DNA from: Candidatus Daviesbacteria bacterium
GTDB lineage: Bacteria; Patescibacteriota; Microgenomatia; Daviesbacterales; UBA10151
Assembly: GCA_030699125.1 (NCBI GenBank)
Contig: JAUYKM010000007.1
Span: 5,082-69,081, forward strand
DNA: 64,000 nucleotides
Direction: 5' to 3'
A program made the translations under genes and the position numbers. Positions 19,931 through 29,360 of this stretch are shown piece by piece. How positions within the stretch are numbered: position 1 is the first letter of the stretch; each line of letters starts with the position of its first letter. The notes under the pieces are model-generated. The model saw only the letters and a list, made by a program, of their open reading frames with translations, ran no database searches and was not told where the DNA came from.

Positions 19931-22016
19931 TCTATTTATTCTGTCAGACTATGGAATTAATTGGGATTCGCCGCTACATATGCTAAGGGGACAGGCCTAT
20001 GCGGATATTTTCTTAAGGAGCAAGCCACAATTTAGCAAAGAATACCAAACTTCTCCCAATGTTATCTTCCCTTTCACATATGCCAGCAGATATTATTTTG
20101 CCGCCTCAGAAACAGGTGATTTGATTTTACCCAAGGTAACTTTACCCGAAAGACATCTTCCTCAAAAAGAATATGACAAAGATTTAAGTTTTTACCGGCA
20201 TCCTGATTATACCGGAGAGAGTTTTAAAGCTGCTGATGCCGGGCACTTGCCTTTGGTGGCAGTTTTATCTGCTTTTTCCAACAGGATATTTTGGGGGAAT
20301 TTTGGGTGGTTGGGGGATATTGAAAGCTATCAGTTGATTTATCTTTTCTTTTCAGCATTGGGGGTTTTTATAGTGAGTGCATTTGTCTTTGATATTACCC
20401 ACTCGTATCTTGCCTCAATTATTGGGGGATTATCTTTGGCTTTATTCCCGATGTTTTTTGCAGAAGCTCATATAAATTCCAAAGATCCTATTCAGGCATC
20501 TCTTTTTGCCGGGGCTGTTTGGAGTTTTTGGAGGTGGGTTAGGATGGGTCCGCCAGCTGGCGGATTGAAATGGTTTGGGATGTTTATGGCCTTTGTGGCG
20601 TTGGCCCTAGCAGTAAAGTGGAACATTGTTTTTCTCTCCCTAATTCTTTTGCCCTGGCTCATTTTAATAAGAAAAAGCGAGGAGTTTAAAAAATGGTTCA
20701 AACTCAGGAAACTAGTGCTTTTAAGTTTGCTATTTTTACTTTTTACTTTTTCATTTTTAATATTGATATGGCCTTATGCTTGGAATAATCCAATCCAGGC
20801 GAGCATTAATACCTTTAATTTCTATCTTAAGCAAGGTATAGGTACAGCATTGATACAACCACCGGGCTTCATTTTGCCCGGAGGTTTTAATATTTATCCT
20901 TTGATCCTATTTTTAACCCAAACTCCGGAGATAATTTTGATTTTAGGGGGGATAGGGATAATTGGGATAATCAGGAATAAATTTAAGACAAGTTATCTTC
21001 TGCTCCTTTGGCTGTTGATTTCCCTACTCAGGTTAAGTTTTCCTGAAGCCAGGACTTATGGAGGATTAAGACAGATTATGGAGGTTTTGCCGGTTATGGC
21101 TATTTTGGCTGGAGTAGGGGCAGGGTATCTGGTAAGGGTGATAAGTGACAAGTACAGTAAAGGTAACAAGTTTTTAGCACCAATTTTGTTACTTGTTACT
21201 TGTTACTTGTTACTTCTGCCCATTAGGCAGCTTCATCCCAACCAAAATGCATATTTTAATAGCTTGGCTGGGGGACTTAAGGGGGCTAAGGAAAAAGGGC
21301 TGATAGATTGGACTTTAACTTATGGAAACATCTATAAACAGGGGGCTTTGTGGCTTAATGAAAATGCTCAAATGAACAGTAATATTGCTCACCTGTCCGG
21401 TGCTGATTTTGCCCTGGCTCCTTTATGGCTTAGGGAAGATATCTCAATTTCCCCTTATCATTTTTCCGGATTTGATCAAGAAGGGGAATATATTTTAAGC
21501 TTATATAATCCTTTGGAAGTGCCTGTATTTGCGAAAAGGTATCCTGAGAGATTTTTAAATCCTGTCCATACTGTGGAAGTTGATGGAGTGGCTCTGCTTT
21601 TTATCTATAAAAATGAGCCTCAATATGCCAGGTTAGATCTTAAGAAAGAAGAAGAGATCAAAGTTGTTAAGATGGTGCCTCAAAGCTCAAAAGCAGCTGA
21701 TTTCTGGAGAATTGATTTAGGAAAGCAGTATCAGGTGACTAGAATAGTGGTTAATGGGGTGGATAGCAAATGCGCGGAAGGTGTTGAGCAAAAGGAGGCA
21801 ATAGCCTTTGATGTAGATTTAACCCGCGCCTATGTGTTAAATGAGAAAAAAGTCCGCCAGCTGGCGCCAAGTCAGACTTGGCTGGCGGATGGGGAAAGTA
21901 GGGTGGAGTATTTGTTTGCGGCCGAGCCAGCCAGATTTATTTATATTTACCCGCAAAATAATGAATCTTGCTTCTCTCAGGAAAAAGTTTTATCAATAAA
22001 CTATCTTAGTAATTAA
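19878..22016 (+). CDS. GT-C fold glycosyltransferase (PMT/ArnT-like) with C-terminal extracytoplasmic domain
   Basis: N-terminal DYGINWDSPLHMLRGQAY loop plus about 11 TM helices typical of GT39/GT83; 700 aa; contains in-frame palindromes at 20540 and 21853 and a (TTGTTAC)x4 tract. Confidence 0.6.
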   Translation: MRKYLLSVLLAVIFFIGNLFILSDYGINWDSPLHMLRGQAYADIFLRSKPQFSKEYQTSPNVIFPFTYASRYYFAASETGDLILPKVTLPERHLPQKEYDKDLSFYRHPDYTGESFKAADAGHLPLVAVLSAFSNRIFWGNFGWLGDIESYQLIYLFFSALGVFIVSAFVFDITHSYLASIIGGLSLALFPMFFAEAHINSKDPIQASLFAGAVWSFWRWVRMGPPAGGLKWFGMFMAFVALALAVKWNIVFLSLILLPWLILIRKSEEFKKWFKLRKLVLLSLLFLLFTFSFLILIWPYAWNNPIQASINTFNFYLKQGIGTALIQPPGFILPGGFNIYPLILFLTQTPEIILILGGIGIIGIIRNKFKTSYLLLLWLLISLLRLSFPEARTYGGLRQIMEVLPVMAILAGVGAGYLVRVISDKYSKGNKFLAPILLLVTCYLLLLPIRQLHPNQNAYFNSLAGGLKGAKEKGLIDWTLTYGNIYKQGALWLNENAQMNSNIAHLSGADFALAPLWLREDISISPYHFSGFDQEGEYILSLYNPLEVPVFAKRYPERFLNPVHTVEVDGVALLFIYKNEPQYARLDLKKEEEIKVVKMVPQSSKAADFWRIDLGKQYQVTRIVVNGVDSKCAEGVEQKEAIAFDVDLTRAYVLNEKKVRQLAPSQTWLADGESRVEYLFAAEPARFIYIYPQNNESCFSQEKVLSINYLSN
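20540..20555. repeat. family B palindrome TCCGCCAGCTGGCGGA in-frame in the GT-C gene (encodes GPPAGGL)
   Basis: Same core as 15888; read as ccg cca gct ggc gga. Confidence 0.8.
21853..21889. repeat. composite palindrome: family B core split by the family C palindrome (TCCGCCAGCTGGC-GCCAAGTCAGACTTGGC-TGGCGGA), in-frame (VRQLAPSQTWLAD)
   Basis: Nested dyads; the 17-mer GCCAAGTCAGACTTGGC also occurs at 25802. Confidence 0.8.
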
Positions 22017-22898
22017 TTTGAAAAGTAATTTAAAAACAGGATTATAGAACTTTATGTAGGAACCTAAATAGGTAACTTCTTTGCCGCCAAAGCCCCTTTT
22101 AAAAAAAGTAAAACCTGCCCAGTTTTTAGTCTGAGGATAACGTGGATCCAAAATACCGTCAAAGTCAAACTTTTTATAACCCAACTTTTTGGTCAAAATC
22201 ATAGCTTCCCAATAAAGTAGATGTGAGGCTCTTAAGTTTCTGTGGACATTTGAAGTGCCGGCCAGGCTGCAGAAAACCCCACTTTCTGTTGGATTAAGCA
22301 AAATTAAAAGAGTAGCCAGATATTTGTTATCCGGCGATAGAGCAAAAAACAGGATGGCTTTGCCTGATTTTTTAAATGTTAGAAAACGTGTTTTCGCCTC
22401 TTTTAAAGATTGGGGAGTAAATTTATTTCTGCCGGCAGTTTGCAGATAGAGCTTGTAGCTGGTATTAATATCATCAGATTGGATAATTTTCACCCCATTT
22501 CTTTTAGCAAAGTTGATATCGAAGCGGGTATTTTTATGAAAACTTTTAAAAAGCTCATCTTCAGTTTTGGTTAAATCCACAATCATGGTTTTAGAAACAG
22601 TCAAGGTCCAATATTCTTTGAAAAACCCATGCTTGATCAGCCGGGTATGAACTGATGACGCCTTAGCTGAATCAGATTCAATTTTGGGAGTAATTTTGAT
22701 CATTAAAGTGTGATTCTGATGGGCGAGCATATCAACTTTTTCAAGATCAATAGGCCAACTGGAACGGGGGATCTTAATATAAGTACCTATTAGAGACAGT
22801 TTTTTTATATAAAGGTAGTTTTTTCCCAACTTTTGGACTTTCCAACCTATTTGAGAAAGATATTTGGCCCATTGGGGTGTTTGTCTGATGTCACTCAT
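21993..22898 (-). CDS. FemAB-family aminoacyltransferase-like protein (peptidoglycan interpeptide bridge formation)
   Basis: C-terminal ...RASHLLYWEAMILTKKLGYKKFDFDGI resembles the FemABX conserved motif (LLQWEAIKWAKE.G.K.FDFGG); about 300 aa. Confidence 0.55.
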   Translation of the reverse strand: MSDIRQTPQWAKYLSQIGWKVQKLGKNYLYIKKLSLIGTYIKIPRSSWPIDLEKVDMLAHQNHTLMIKITPKIESDSAKASSVHTRLIKHGFFKEYWTLTVSKTMIVDLTKTEDELFKSFHKNTRFDINFAKRNGVKIIQSDDINTSYKLYLQTAGRNKFTPQSLKEAKTRFLTFKKSGKAILFFALSPDNKYLATLLILLNPTESGVFCSLAGTSNVHRNLRASHLLYWEAMILTKKLGYKKFDFDGILDPRYPQTKNWAGFTFFKRGFGGKEVTYLGSYIKFYNPVFKLLFKLITKIVY

Positions 22899-22910
22899 AA
22901 GTTTCTTCTT

Positions 22911-22934
22911 GTCATTCCTGCGAAGGCAGGAATC
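22911..22934. repeat. family D hairpin GTCATTCCTGC-gaag-GCAGGAATC
   Basis: 8-bp stem ATTCCTGC/GCAGGAAT; intergenic. Confidence 0.7.
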
Positions 22935-22957
22935 TAATTAACAATTTGCGCTCATTT

Positions 22958-23662
22958 CTAATTGGATCCCCGCATACGCGGGGATGACGGTTCTTTCTTG
23001 CCTTTACATATAAAATAGGTTGATCTGTCAAAAAATGGCAGCAGTTTAAAGATGACATCTCTAAAGTCAGCTTCTTTCCATGATACCTCAATTGAGGTGG
23101 AGGGGATGATGGTCACCTTCTGAAAATACCGTTTTATCTTCCACCAATCCAAAGGAGTAGAACGGTACAAGATAAACCCACCATAATTGGCATATGGCCC
23201 CTCAAAAAAGCGGGGCAAAGCTTTTAAATTAAATCTGGAGTGAGTACTAAAAATAAAGAGGCCATTCGGTTTCATTACTCTTTTGGCCTCAGCAATACAC
23301 CGGTAAATATCAGGGTAAATACAGCTCATGCTGTTTGATGGAAAAAAAACTATATCAAAAGAATTGGGGGGAAATTTTAGGTTGCAGGCATCCATTTTGA
23401 AGACCTTGATAGGCAACCCCTTAACTTTTTCCTGGGCAGCCTCAACCATCTTGGGAGTGATATCAATGCCTGTGACCTGGTAGCTCATTTGGTGGAGTGG
23501 TATTAATGTCCTACCTGCCCCACAACCCAGCACCAATACTTTCTTGCCCCTGAAATATTTTTTGGCAAGATACTCTTCACCCGGGGTTAAATAATATTTT
23601 TTATATTCGTTAACCTGGGAGGAAAACATTTTGATATTGTGTTCCATTACCTGATTTAACAT
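22958..23662 (-). CDS. class I SAM-dependent methyltransferase; C-terminal 9 residues supplied by a hairpin repeat
   Basis: VLVLGCGAGRTLIPL (motif I), GIDITPKMVE; the ORF terminates inside repeat 22964-22988 (…SSPRMRGSN*). Confidence 0.75.
   Translation of the reverse strand: MLNQVMEHNIKMFSSQVNEYKKYYLTPGEEYLAKKYFRGKKVLVLGCGAGRTLIPLHQMSYQVTGIDITPKMVEAAQEKVKGLPIKVFKMDACNLKFPPNSFDIVFFPSNSMSCIYPDIYRCIAEAKRVMKPNGLFIFSTHSRFNLKALPRFFEGPYANYGGFILYRSTPLDWWKIKRYFQKVTIIPSTSIEVSWKEADFRDVIFKLLPFFDRSTYFICKGKKEPSSPRMRGSN
22964..22988. repeat. family D hairpin GGATCCCCGC-atac-GCGGGGATGAC, forms the 3' end of the methyltransferase ORF
   Basis: Stem ATCCCCGC/GCGGGGAT, GGATnCC...GGRATGAC termini shared with the other copies. 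Confidence 0.7.
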
Positions 23663-23686
23663 ATCTTTCAGAGTATATCACTCAGA

Positions 23687-24409
23687 CTAGAAGAGATTAG
23701 TTTTAAAGCCTAGCTTGGCTAGCAAGTAAATTGCGAATAACTTGAATGTTTCAATTGAATGTAGGGCAGCTGCCCAGAAACTTTCCGAAGTGTGCTGTTT
23801 GTGATAATCGCAGTGGACGGCAATCTCCCCAATCTTCAAATTATGGTATTTGGCCTGAATTATCACCTGAAAGCTATAGAAATAATTATTGGCTGTATTT
23901 TCAAATTTAACTTTACTGATAAGCTTTTTGCTGTAGATGCGGAATCCATTATAAAATTCGCTTAGCGGAATTTGAAAAAGATGACGGTCAATGAAACTGA
24001 ATATGATGTTGGCCAAAAACCTGGGGATGGACATTCCATCCTCTAAGGCTGTTTTAGGGTAAATAAATCTTGAGCCCAACAAAAGATCATAGCGTCCCAC
24101 TTTCATTTTTTTTAAAGCCTGGGGTATCACCGAAGGATTGTATTGTCCGTCTCCGTGGATCTCCACCATATAATTTGCACCTAAGCTTATGGCTTTAGTT
24201 AAGCCGAATTTAATATTGGCACCATAGCCTCCATGGGAATGGCTAAATACAAGGATGCCCAGTTTTTTGGCTACAGATACTGATTTATCCTGGGAACCGT
24301 CGTCCACTACGATAATCTGATCAAACTCTTTTTTAGGCAGATTATCAAAAGTATCTTTGATCATTTGAGCGCAGTTATAAGTCATGATGATGCCAATTGT
24401 TTTGACCAT
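23687..24409 (-). CDS. family 2 glycosyltransferase (polyprenyl-phosphate sugar transferase-like)
   Basis: IIMTYNCAQMI...QIIVVDDGSQDKS...DLLLGSR; GT-A fold DXD context. Confidence 0.75.
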   Translation of the reverse strand: MVKTIGIIMTYNCAQMIKDTFDNLPKKEFDQIIVVDDGSQDKSVSVAKKLGILVFSHSHGGYGANIKFGLTKAISLGANYMVEIHGDGQYNPSVIPQALKKMKVGRYDLLLGSRFIYPKTALEDGMSIPRFLANIIFSFIDRHLFQIPLSEFYNGFRIYSKKLISKVKFENTANNYFYSFQVIIQAKYHNLKIGEIAVHCDYHKQHTSESFWAAALHSIETFKLFAIYLLAKLGFKTNLF

Positions 24410-24438
24410 TTGGTTAGAATATACTACTTTTACTTTTT

Positions 24439-25293
24439 ATGAAAGTTTTAGTTACCGGTGCGGCTGGATTTATCGGCAGTCACTTGAGCGATTATCTGAT
24501 TAAGAAAGGCTGCACAGTTTATGGAATAGATAACTGTCTTACAGGTGATAAATTAAACCTCCATCCCAAGGTCAAGTTTACCAAGATCGATATCCGAGAT
24601 AAAGTAAGATTGGACCATTTATTTAAAAAAACAGGGAAATTGGACTATGTTTTTCACCTGGCTGCTATTGCCAGAACTGGCTGGACTGTGACTGATCCGA
24701 CTCTGGCAAACGATATTAATATCACAGGTACCTTGAATGTTTTGTTGGCAGCCAGAGAAGCTATGCCTAAAAAGGTCATATTTGCCTCTTCCAACATTGT
24801 TTATGCCAAAAATACTCCATATTGGGTAACAAAAAAGACTGGAGAACTGTATATGCGCGTATTCGATAAACTCTATCACCTGCCCACTGTCTCGCTTCGT
24901 CTGTCCAATGCCTATGGCAGTTTAAGGCAGAGCGAGAAGGGGCCTGATATTAACTGTATTGCCAGCATGCGTAAATCAAAACAAGAAAATGGTTTTGTTT
25001 GGGTGAGCGGGGATGGCAAACAATCAAGAGATTTTACCCATGTTTTAGATATAGCGGAGGCCTTCTTAAAAGCGGCAAAATCCGATGTTCATGGAGCAGA
25101 GATTGATATCTGCACTGGTATCAATACCACTATCAATCAGATTGCCAAACAATTCAAATGTCCCATTAAATATGTGGATGAAAGGAAAGGAGATATCAAG
25201 CATATTTATCAAAATCCCCAAATGGCCGGGAAGCTCTTGGGATTTAAAGCCAAAAGAAAATTGGAGGACCATATCAGAGTCTATCTTAAATGA
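24439..25293 (+). CDS. NAD-dependent epimerase/dehydratase (SDR family, UDP-sugar 4-epimerase-like)
   Basis: MKVLVTGAAGFIGSHL Rossmann motif; YxxxK context (SNIVYAK). Confidence 0.8.
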   Translation: MKVLVTGAAGFIGSHLSDYLIKKGCTVYGIDNCLTGDKLNLHPKVKFTKIDIRDKVRLDHLFKKTGKLDYVFHLAAIARTGWTVTDPTLANDINITGTLNVLLAAREAMPKKVIFASSNIVYAKNTPYWVTKKTGELYMRVFDKLYHLPTVSLRLSNAYGSLRQSEKGPDINCIASMRKSKQENGFVWVSGDGKQSRDFTHVLDIAEAFLKAAKSDVHGAEIDICTGINTTINQIAKQFKCPIKYVDERKGDIKHIYQNPQMAGKLLGFKAKRKLEDHIRVYLK

Positions 25294-26687
25294 CATTCAA
25301 ACTGCACCAGAGTGCTTAAGCGGATTTTGGGTGGATCAATCCGGTCCTGCCTGATCAACTCCTCCGGTGAACATGGTTGATATTGATCACCATCTTGAGA
25401 AGGTATCAAACTGTTATATATTAGATAATATCCTCTTAAGTTTGGGCCTGCCGTGAGGTTTCTTATTAGAGGATTATCGTAAAAATCCCACAGCCTTTCC
25501 GGCGCATAAGTGATATTGACAGGATGGCTGTCCCAGCGACCCTTAGGATAATAAAAAGTGCCGATAACTTGAGTAAAGACGGAATAGATGATGGTGATAA
25601 TAAATAGAATGGTCAATAATCTATTTTTAAGGTGGGAGATTAAATAGTAACTCAAAATCACAGCCGGCACTGCCCCGTCTGTTAAGTATCTGTCTCCCCA
25701 AACCCAGCCGTCATCCACCAGGGCATAAACTGAATAAACAAAAAGAATGGCGTATAAAAAGATGAGATTTAAGAATAATACCTTGGACATTTTTTTCCAA
25801 AGCCAAGTCAGACTTGGCCAAAGCAGGATGGCGGCAAAGCCGAAGAAGAAAAAAGGAGTATAAAAAAGCAACCCTCTGGCCGGGGAGAAAAACAGCACAG
25901 CCAGATTGGACAGAAAGCGGGAAGGGTCAAAATATTTCCAGGATACAGCCTCGGTGCCTATTGGCATACCATAGAGATAATAATTTAGGGTCCCAAATAT
26001 GATTATTCCACCCAAGGTAATAATCGAGTATCTTCTCCAATATTTTTGATCTGCAAGAATGATCATGGTAAGTAAAATTGGCAAATAAATGATAAAAATA
26101 TTGCGGCTAAACAGGCATAAAATAGCCACAAGCAAAGAGAGAGTAAATTTCTTTCTGACAAAAAGGTATAAGGATAGGATTAAGAATAAGTTACTAAATG
26201 TATGCTGCCAAAGATGCTGGGAAGATATAGAAAAAGTCTGAGTGGCAAAGGCAAAAATGAGGGTAAAAATAAAACTTATCTTTTTGTTTGAGTAGATGGC
26301 ATTAAACAAGAAGAAAAATGCCACTATAGAAAGAGAGGACAAAAGGGAGGCAGTTAGCTTCTCAGCAACATATGAAATCCAGTAATAATTTTCCAGACCG
26401 GCCAAATTCAGCCACTGCATAATGAGGTAAAAAGGCAGATAAAAGGGAGTGGCCAAAACCCCTGGCAAGAGCGGGTAGGCGGAAATAAGGTGGTTGTTAA
26501 ATTCCTGCAGATAGGGAGGATTTTCTGGTAAAAAGGGTAGATAATCATCCAAAAATATCCCCTTACCTGAAAGAATATTAAAAGGTAGGAGCCTGGCAGG
26601 AGTATTATCCCCTGAGCCGGTAATATTTAAATTGATGTTATATAAGAAAAAAGATAAGAAAAATAGTAAAAGAGCATATTTTTTCAT
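25281..26687 (-). CDS. polytopic membrane protein, putative GT-C-type glycosyltransferase
   Basis: 468 aa, about 11 TM helices, periplasmic loops; contains the in-frame palindrome GCCAAGTCAGACTTGGC (WPSLTWLW). Confidence 0.5.
   Translation of the reverse strand: MKKYALLLFFLSFFLYNINLNITGSGDNTPARLLPFNILSGKGIFLDDYLPFLPENPPYLQEFNNHLISAYPLLPGVLATPFYLPFYLIMQWLNLAGLENYYWISYVAEKLTASLLSSLSIVAFFFLFNAIYSNKKISFIFTLIFAFATQTFSISSQHLWQHTFSNLFLILSLYLFVRKKFTLSLLVAILCLFSRNIFIIYLPILLTMIILADQKYWRRYSIITLGGIIIFGTLNYYLYGMPIGTEAVSWKYFDPSRFLSNLAVLFFSPARGLLFYTPFFFFGFAAILLWPSLTWLWKKMSKVLFLNLIFLYAILFVYSVYALVDDGWVWGDRYLTDGAVPAVILSYYLISHLKNRLLTILFIITIIYSVFTQVIGTFYYPKGRWDSHPVNITYAPERLWDFYDNPLIRNLTAGPNLRGYYLIYNSLIPSQDGDQYQPCSPEELIRQDRIDPPKIRLSTLVQFECHLR
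25802..25818. repeat. family C palindrome GCCAAGTCAGACTTGGC in-frame in the minus-strand membrane-protein gene (encodes PSLTW)
   Basis: Identical 17-mer to 21866-21882; in both genes the core encodes P-S-(Q/L)-T-W. Confidence 0.75.
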
Positions 26688-27424
26688 GATTTAATAATGA
26701 TACCAATTCCAGCCCAGCCTTGTTTAGGATTTTCAATAATTTCTAGGTATTTTTTACCCTGCTTGATCTTATGCCAAAACTTATCAACATGACAGTTGAG
26801 TTCTTCAGGATGCTTGCAAATATCATGCAATATAATCAAACCTCCGTTTTTGACCATTGGAGAATAATTTTCAAAATCTTGTTTAACGCCAATGTAGGAG
26901 TGATCACCATCAATAAATAATAAATCTAAGCCATCTTTAAATAGGGATCTTACTTTTGAAACAGTTGGAAAATTGTGTGAATTGCCCCACAACAAATGCA
27001 ATTTTTGTCGCTTCGAGACAAAAGTTCTATAGAAATACTTTCGCCAAAAAGCATAACCGCCTTCCTGATTCTTAAAGCAATAGTCTATCGAGGCTATTTT
27101 GGCTTGAGGGTGAGCAAGGGCACAAAAAAGAAACAGTGTTCCTCCACCCATGGTACCTATTTCCAATACTCTTTTGGGTCTTTTTTTCTTGATAAGTTTA
27201 GCAAGTTCAAAGAGTTCGGATTTTACCTGAATTGGGGCAATAATACCCCCCGAGTGATTAAATATAGAATCTATAAGTTTTTTTATTGAAGCAGTTTTTC
27301 TGTAAGTAAGTTTAAAGTGAACTGCCAAGATTATATAAATAAAGTAACGGAGAAATTTTTTTAGAAATATTAATATACCTTTGTCTCTTAAGGTTCGTTT
27401 TGTTATTGCAAGTTCATAAAACAT
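26684..27424 (-). CDS. class I SAM-dependent methyltransferase (TylF/MycF-like, Methyltransf_24 type)
   Basis: VLEIGTMGGGTLFL...LLFIDGDHSYIGVKQDFENYSPMVKNGGLIILHD. Confidence 0.6.
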   Translation of the reverse strand: MFYELAITKRTLRDKGILIFLKKFLRYFIYIILAVHFKLTYRKTASIKKLIDSIFNHSGGIIAPIQVKSELFELAKLIKKKRPKRVLEIGTMGGGTLFLFCALAHPQAKIASIDYCFKNQEGGYAFWRKYFYRTFVSKRQKLHLLWGNSHNFPTVSKVRSLFKDGLDLLFIDGDHSYIGVKQDFENYSPMVKNGGLIILHDICKHPEELNCHVDKFWHKIKQGKKYLEIIENPKQGWAGIGIIIKS

Positions 27425-27470
27425 AAAATTTTAAGTTATTAAGTTATAATGATTTACGAATTAAAAATCA

Positions 27471-27532
27471 ATGAAGATTTGTTTTGTTACAGAAGATTTT
27501 TATCCAGACTTTATTGGCGGACAGAGGATAGA
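27471..27532 (+). repeat. about 60-bp duplicate of the 5' end of the GT4 gene at 28206 (ATGAAGATTTGTTTTGTTACAGAAGATTTTTATCCAGACTTTATTGGCGGACAGAGG) flanking the vapBC insertion
   Basis: Near-identical to 28215-28276 (encodes MKICFVTEDFYPDFIGGQ versus MRKLKICFVTEDFYPDFIGGQG). Confidence 0.8.
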
Positions 27533-27894
27533 CTGGGTTTGATTTGTACTTTGCCGAAAAATTTCATATTTAATAATTTCTTATCTTCTGTTAAGAAAAA
27601 ATCACATTCAGCTTCTGCAGCGCTATAAAGTTGTACATTATCTTCAAAATCCGTGGTAGGACCTAGAAGCGCCTGATAGGCGATAAGATTATTAAGTGGG
27701 ATAAGGGTAAGATATTTCTCTATGGAATCTGACAATTTTTTATGTGGTATTTTGTACTTATAAAGGTAAGTTAATATGTGAACCGAAAGAGGAGAAATGA
27801 AGAGATCATCATTCCCAAATTGATCCAGGTTGATATTTTTTCTTTCCTCAATAATATCAATGAACACATTAGCATCAAGAAATATCTTTGCCAT
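27511..27894 (-). CDS. vapC: PIN-domain toxin VapC
   Basis: MAKIFLDANVFIDIIE ... FLTEDKKLL; conserved acidic residues of PIN nucleases. Confidence 0.8.
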   Translation of the reverse strand: MAKIFLDANVFIDIIEERKNINLDQFGNDDLFISPLSVHILTYLYKYKIPHKKLSDSIEKYLTLIPLNNLIAYQALLGPTTDFEDNVQLYSAAEAECDFFLTEDKKLLNMKFFGKVQIKPSLSSVRQ

Positions 27895-28138
27895 ATTTTT
27901 CTTCTAAATGTTTTCTATAAACTTTTTCTCTATCTTTTTTTGGAATTAATCTTTTAGGCTTTATATCTCTTAATAACTTGCGAAACGCCTCTGGGTCAAA
28001 GGGTTTTGGTTCATATGTAGGCAGAATTTCTCCAATCACCTTGGAACGGTGAATCAAAGATAGTCTACCGCCCTCTGAAAGGGTTTTAACAATTTGACTG
28101 GATTTAGTCCTCAATTCAGTAGTAGTGATATATTGCAT
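27875..28138 (-). CDS. antitoxin of VapC (Phd/YefM-like); start taken at internal MQYITTTEL
   Basis: MQYITTTELRTKSSQIVKTLSEGGRLSLIHRSKVIGEILP; overlaps the vapC start; the listed ORF's upstream extension is likely not translated. Confidence 0.6.
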   Translation of the reverse strand: MQYITTTELRTKSSQIVKTLSEGGRLSLIHRSKVIGEILPTYEPKPFDPEAFRKLLRDIKPKRLIPKKDREKVYRKHLEEKYGKDIS

Positions 28139-28205
28139 ATTCTTAAATATACATTTAAATGTACACTTTGTCAAGAGTTTGGATTGTGTTAAACTCACTC
28201 AAACT

Positions 28206-29360
28206 ATGAGAAAGCTCAAGATCTGTTTTGTAACTGAAGATTTTTATCCAGACTTTATTGGCGGGCAGGGGGTTTATGGATATCATCTGGTTTCAGAGTT
28301 GGCCAAAATGGGTCATCAAGTGACTGTTTTGGTAGAAAAAAGACCCGGCAGGAGAGAGTTTTGGAAAGATTATAAAAATATCCGTCTAATTGAGGTGCCA
28401 TTTTGTTTTGGCAACAAACTGATTCTGGGGATCTGGGAATATTTGTTTTTCTGGAAATTTTGCTCTGGAGAAAGTTTCGATATTATCCATTTAAATGGAC
28501 TGAGCGGTTGGCTTTTTGTTCTATTTAAGCCTAAAAATGTTAGTAAGATGATAGTAATGGATCATAATACCAATTATGAAATGAGTCTTCACACCCGCTC
28601 CAGATTGAAAAAACTGCTTTACTCCTTGCTTATTCATATGGAAAAAAGGCTGTTTGAGAGCGCAGATGGGATTTTATTTAATAATCCCGAGGAAGAAAAA
28701 AAAGTAAAGAACTACTACAAGATAGATCAAAAGCCTACAAAGGCAGTTTATTTAGGTGTAGAGCCTATCAAATTTAGTTTGGAAGAACAAAATAAGGCAC
28801 GTTTAGCATTGAGAAGAAAGCTGGATTGGCCAGCTAACGCCAAAATAGTACTGTATGTGGGCAGGCTGGTGGAGAGAAAAAAAGTGGATACTTTAGTTAT
28901 GGCTTTAAAAAATGTACCGGCATACGGAGTAATTGTGGGAAGAGGACCAGAATTAGATAATTTGAAATTTGAAATTAAAAATTTGAAATTAGAAAACATT
29001 AAATTCGTGGGGTGGACATATCAACCCAGGGAGTATTATTTAGCTTCAGATTGTTTCGTGACAGTGTCAGTGGCTGAAGGGGGATTTTTAATCACTGCGT
29101 TGGAAGCTGCATCTTATGGTTTACCTTTGATTTTATCCCCCTCAGCTGCCGGCTTTCCCATTGTTAAGAAAGGGAGGAATGGTTATATTGTTGATCCGGA
29201 TGATCCTAAAGAACTGGCTGAGAAAATTAAAATGGTGATCCTTCGACTTCGCTCAGGACAGGTGGGTGAGGAAAGCAGGAAATTGGCTAAGCAATTTAGC
29301 TGGGAAAAATGCAGCAGAGAGACTATTAATTTTTACCAACAACTTCTTGGAAGATCTTAG
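28206..29360 (+). CDS. family 4 glycosyltransferase (GT-B); start taken at MRKLKICF
   Basis: N-terminal KICFVTEDFYPDFIGGQGVY; C-terminal E...G motif region (GFLITALEAASYGLPLILS). Confidence 0.8.
   Translation: MRKLKICFVTEDFYPDFIGGQGVYGYHLVSELAKMGHQVTVLVEKRPGRREFWKDYKNIRLIEVPFCFGNKLILGIWEYLFFWKFCSGESFDIIHLNGLSGWLFVLFKPKNVSKMIVMDHNTNYEMSLHTRSRLKKLLYSLLIHMEKRLFESADGILFNNPEEEKKVKNYYKIDQKPTKAVYLGVEPIKFSLEEQNKARLALRRKLDWPANAKIVLYVGRLVERKKVDTLVMALKNVPAYGVIVGRGPELDNLKFEIKNLKLENIKFVGWTYQPREYYLASDCFVTVSVAEGGFLITALEAASYGLPLILSPSAAGFPIVKKGRNGYIVDPDDPKELAEKIKMVILRLRSGQVGEESRKLAKQFSWEKCSRETINFYQQLLGRS

Noticed and set aside
28125-28205. Upstream 27-codon extension of the GT4 ORF (MIYCIFLNIHLNVHF...)
   Set aside because: It overlaps the divergent vapB start/promoter region. 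The conserved GT4 N-terminus begins at MRKLKICF (28206), matching the duplicated copy at 27471.
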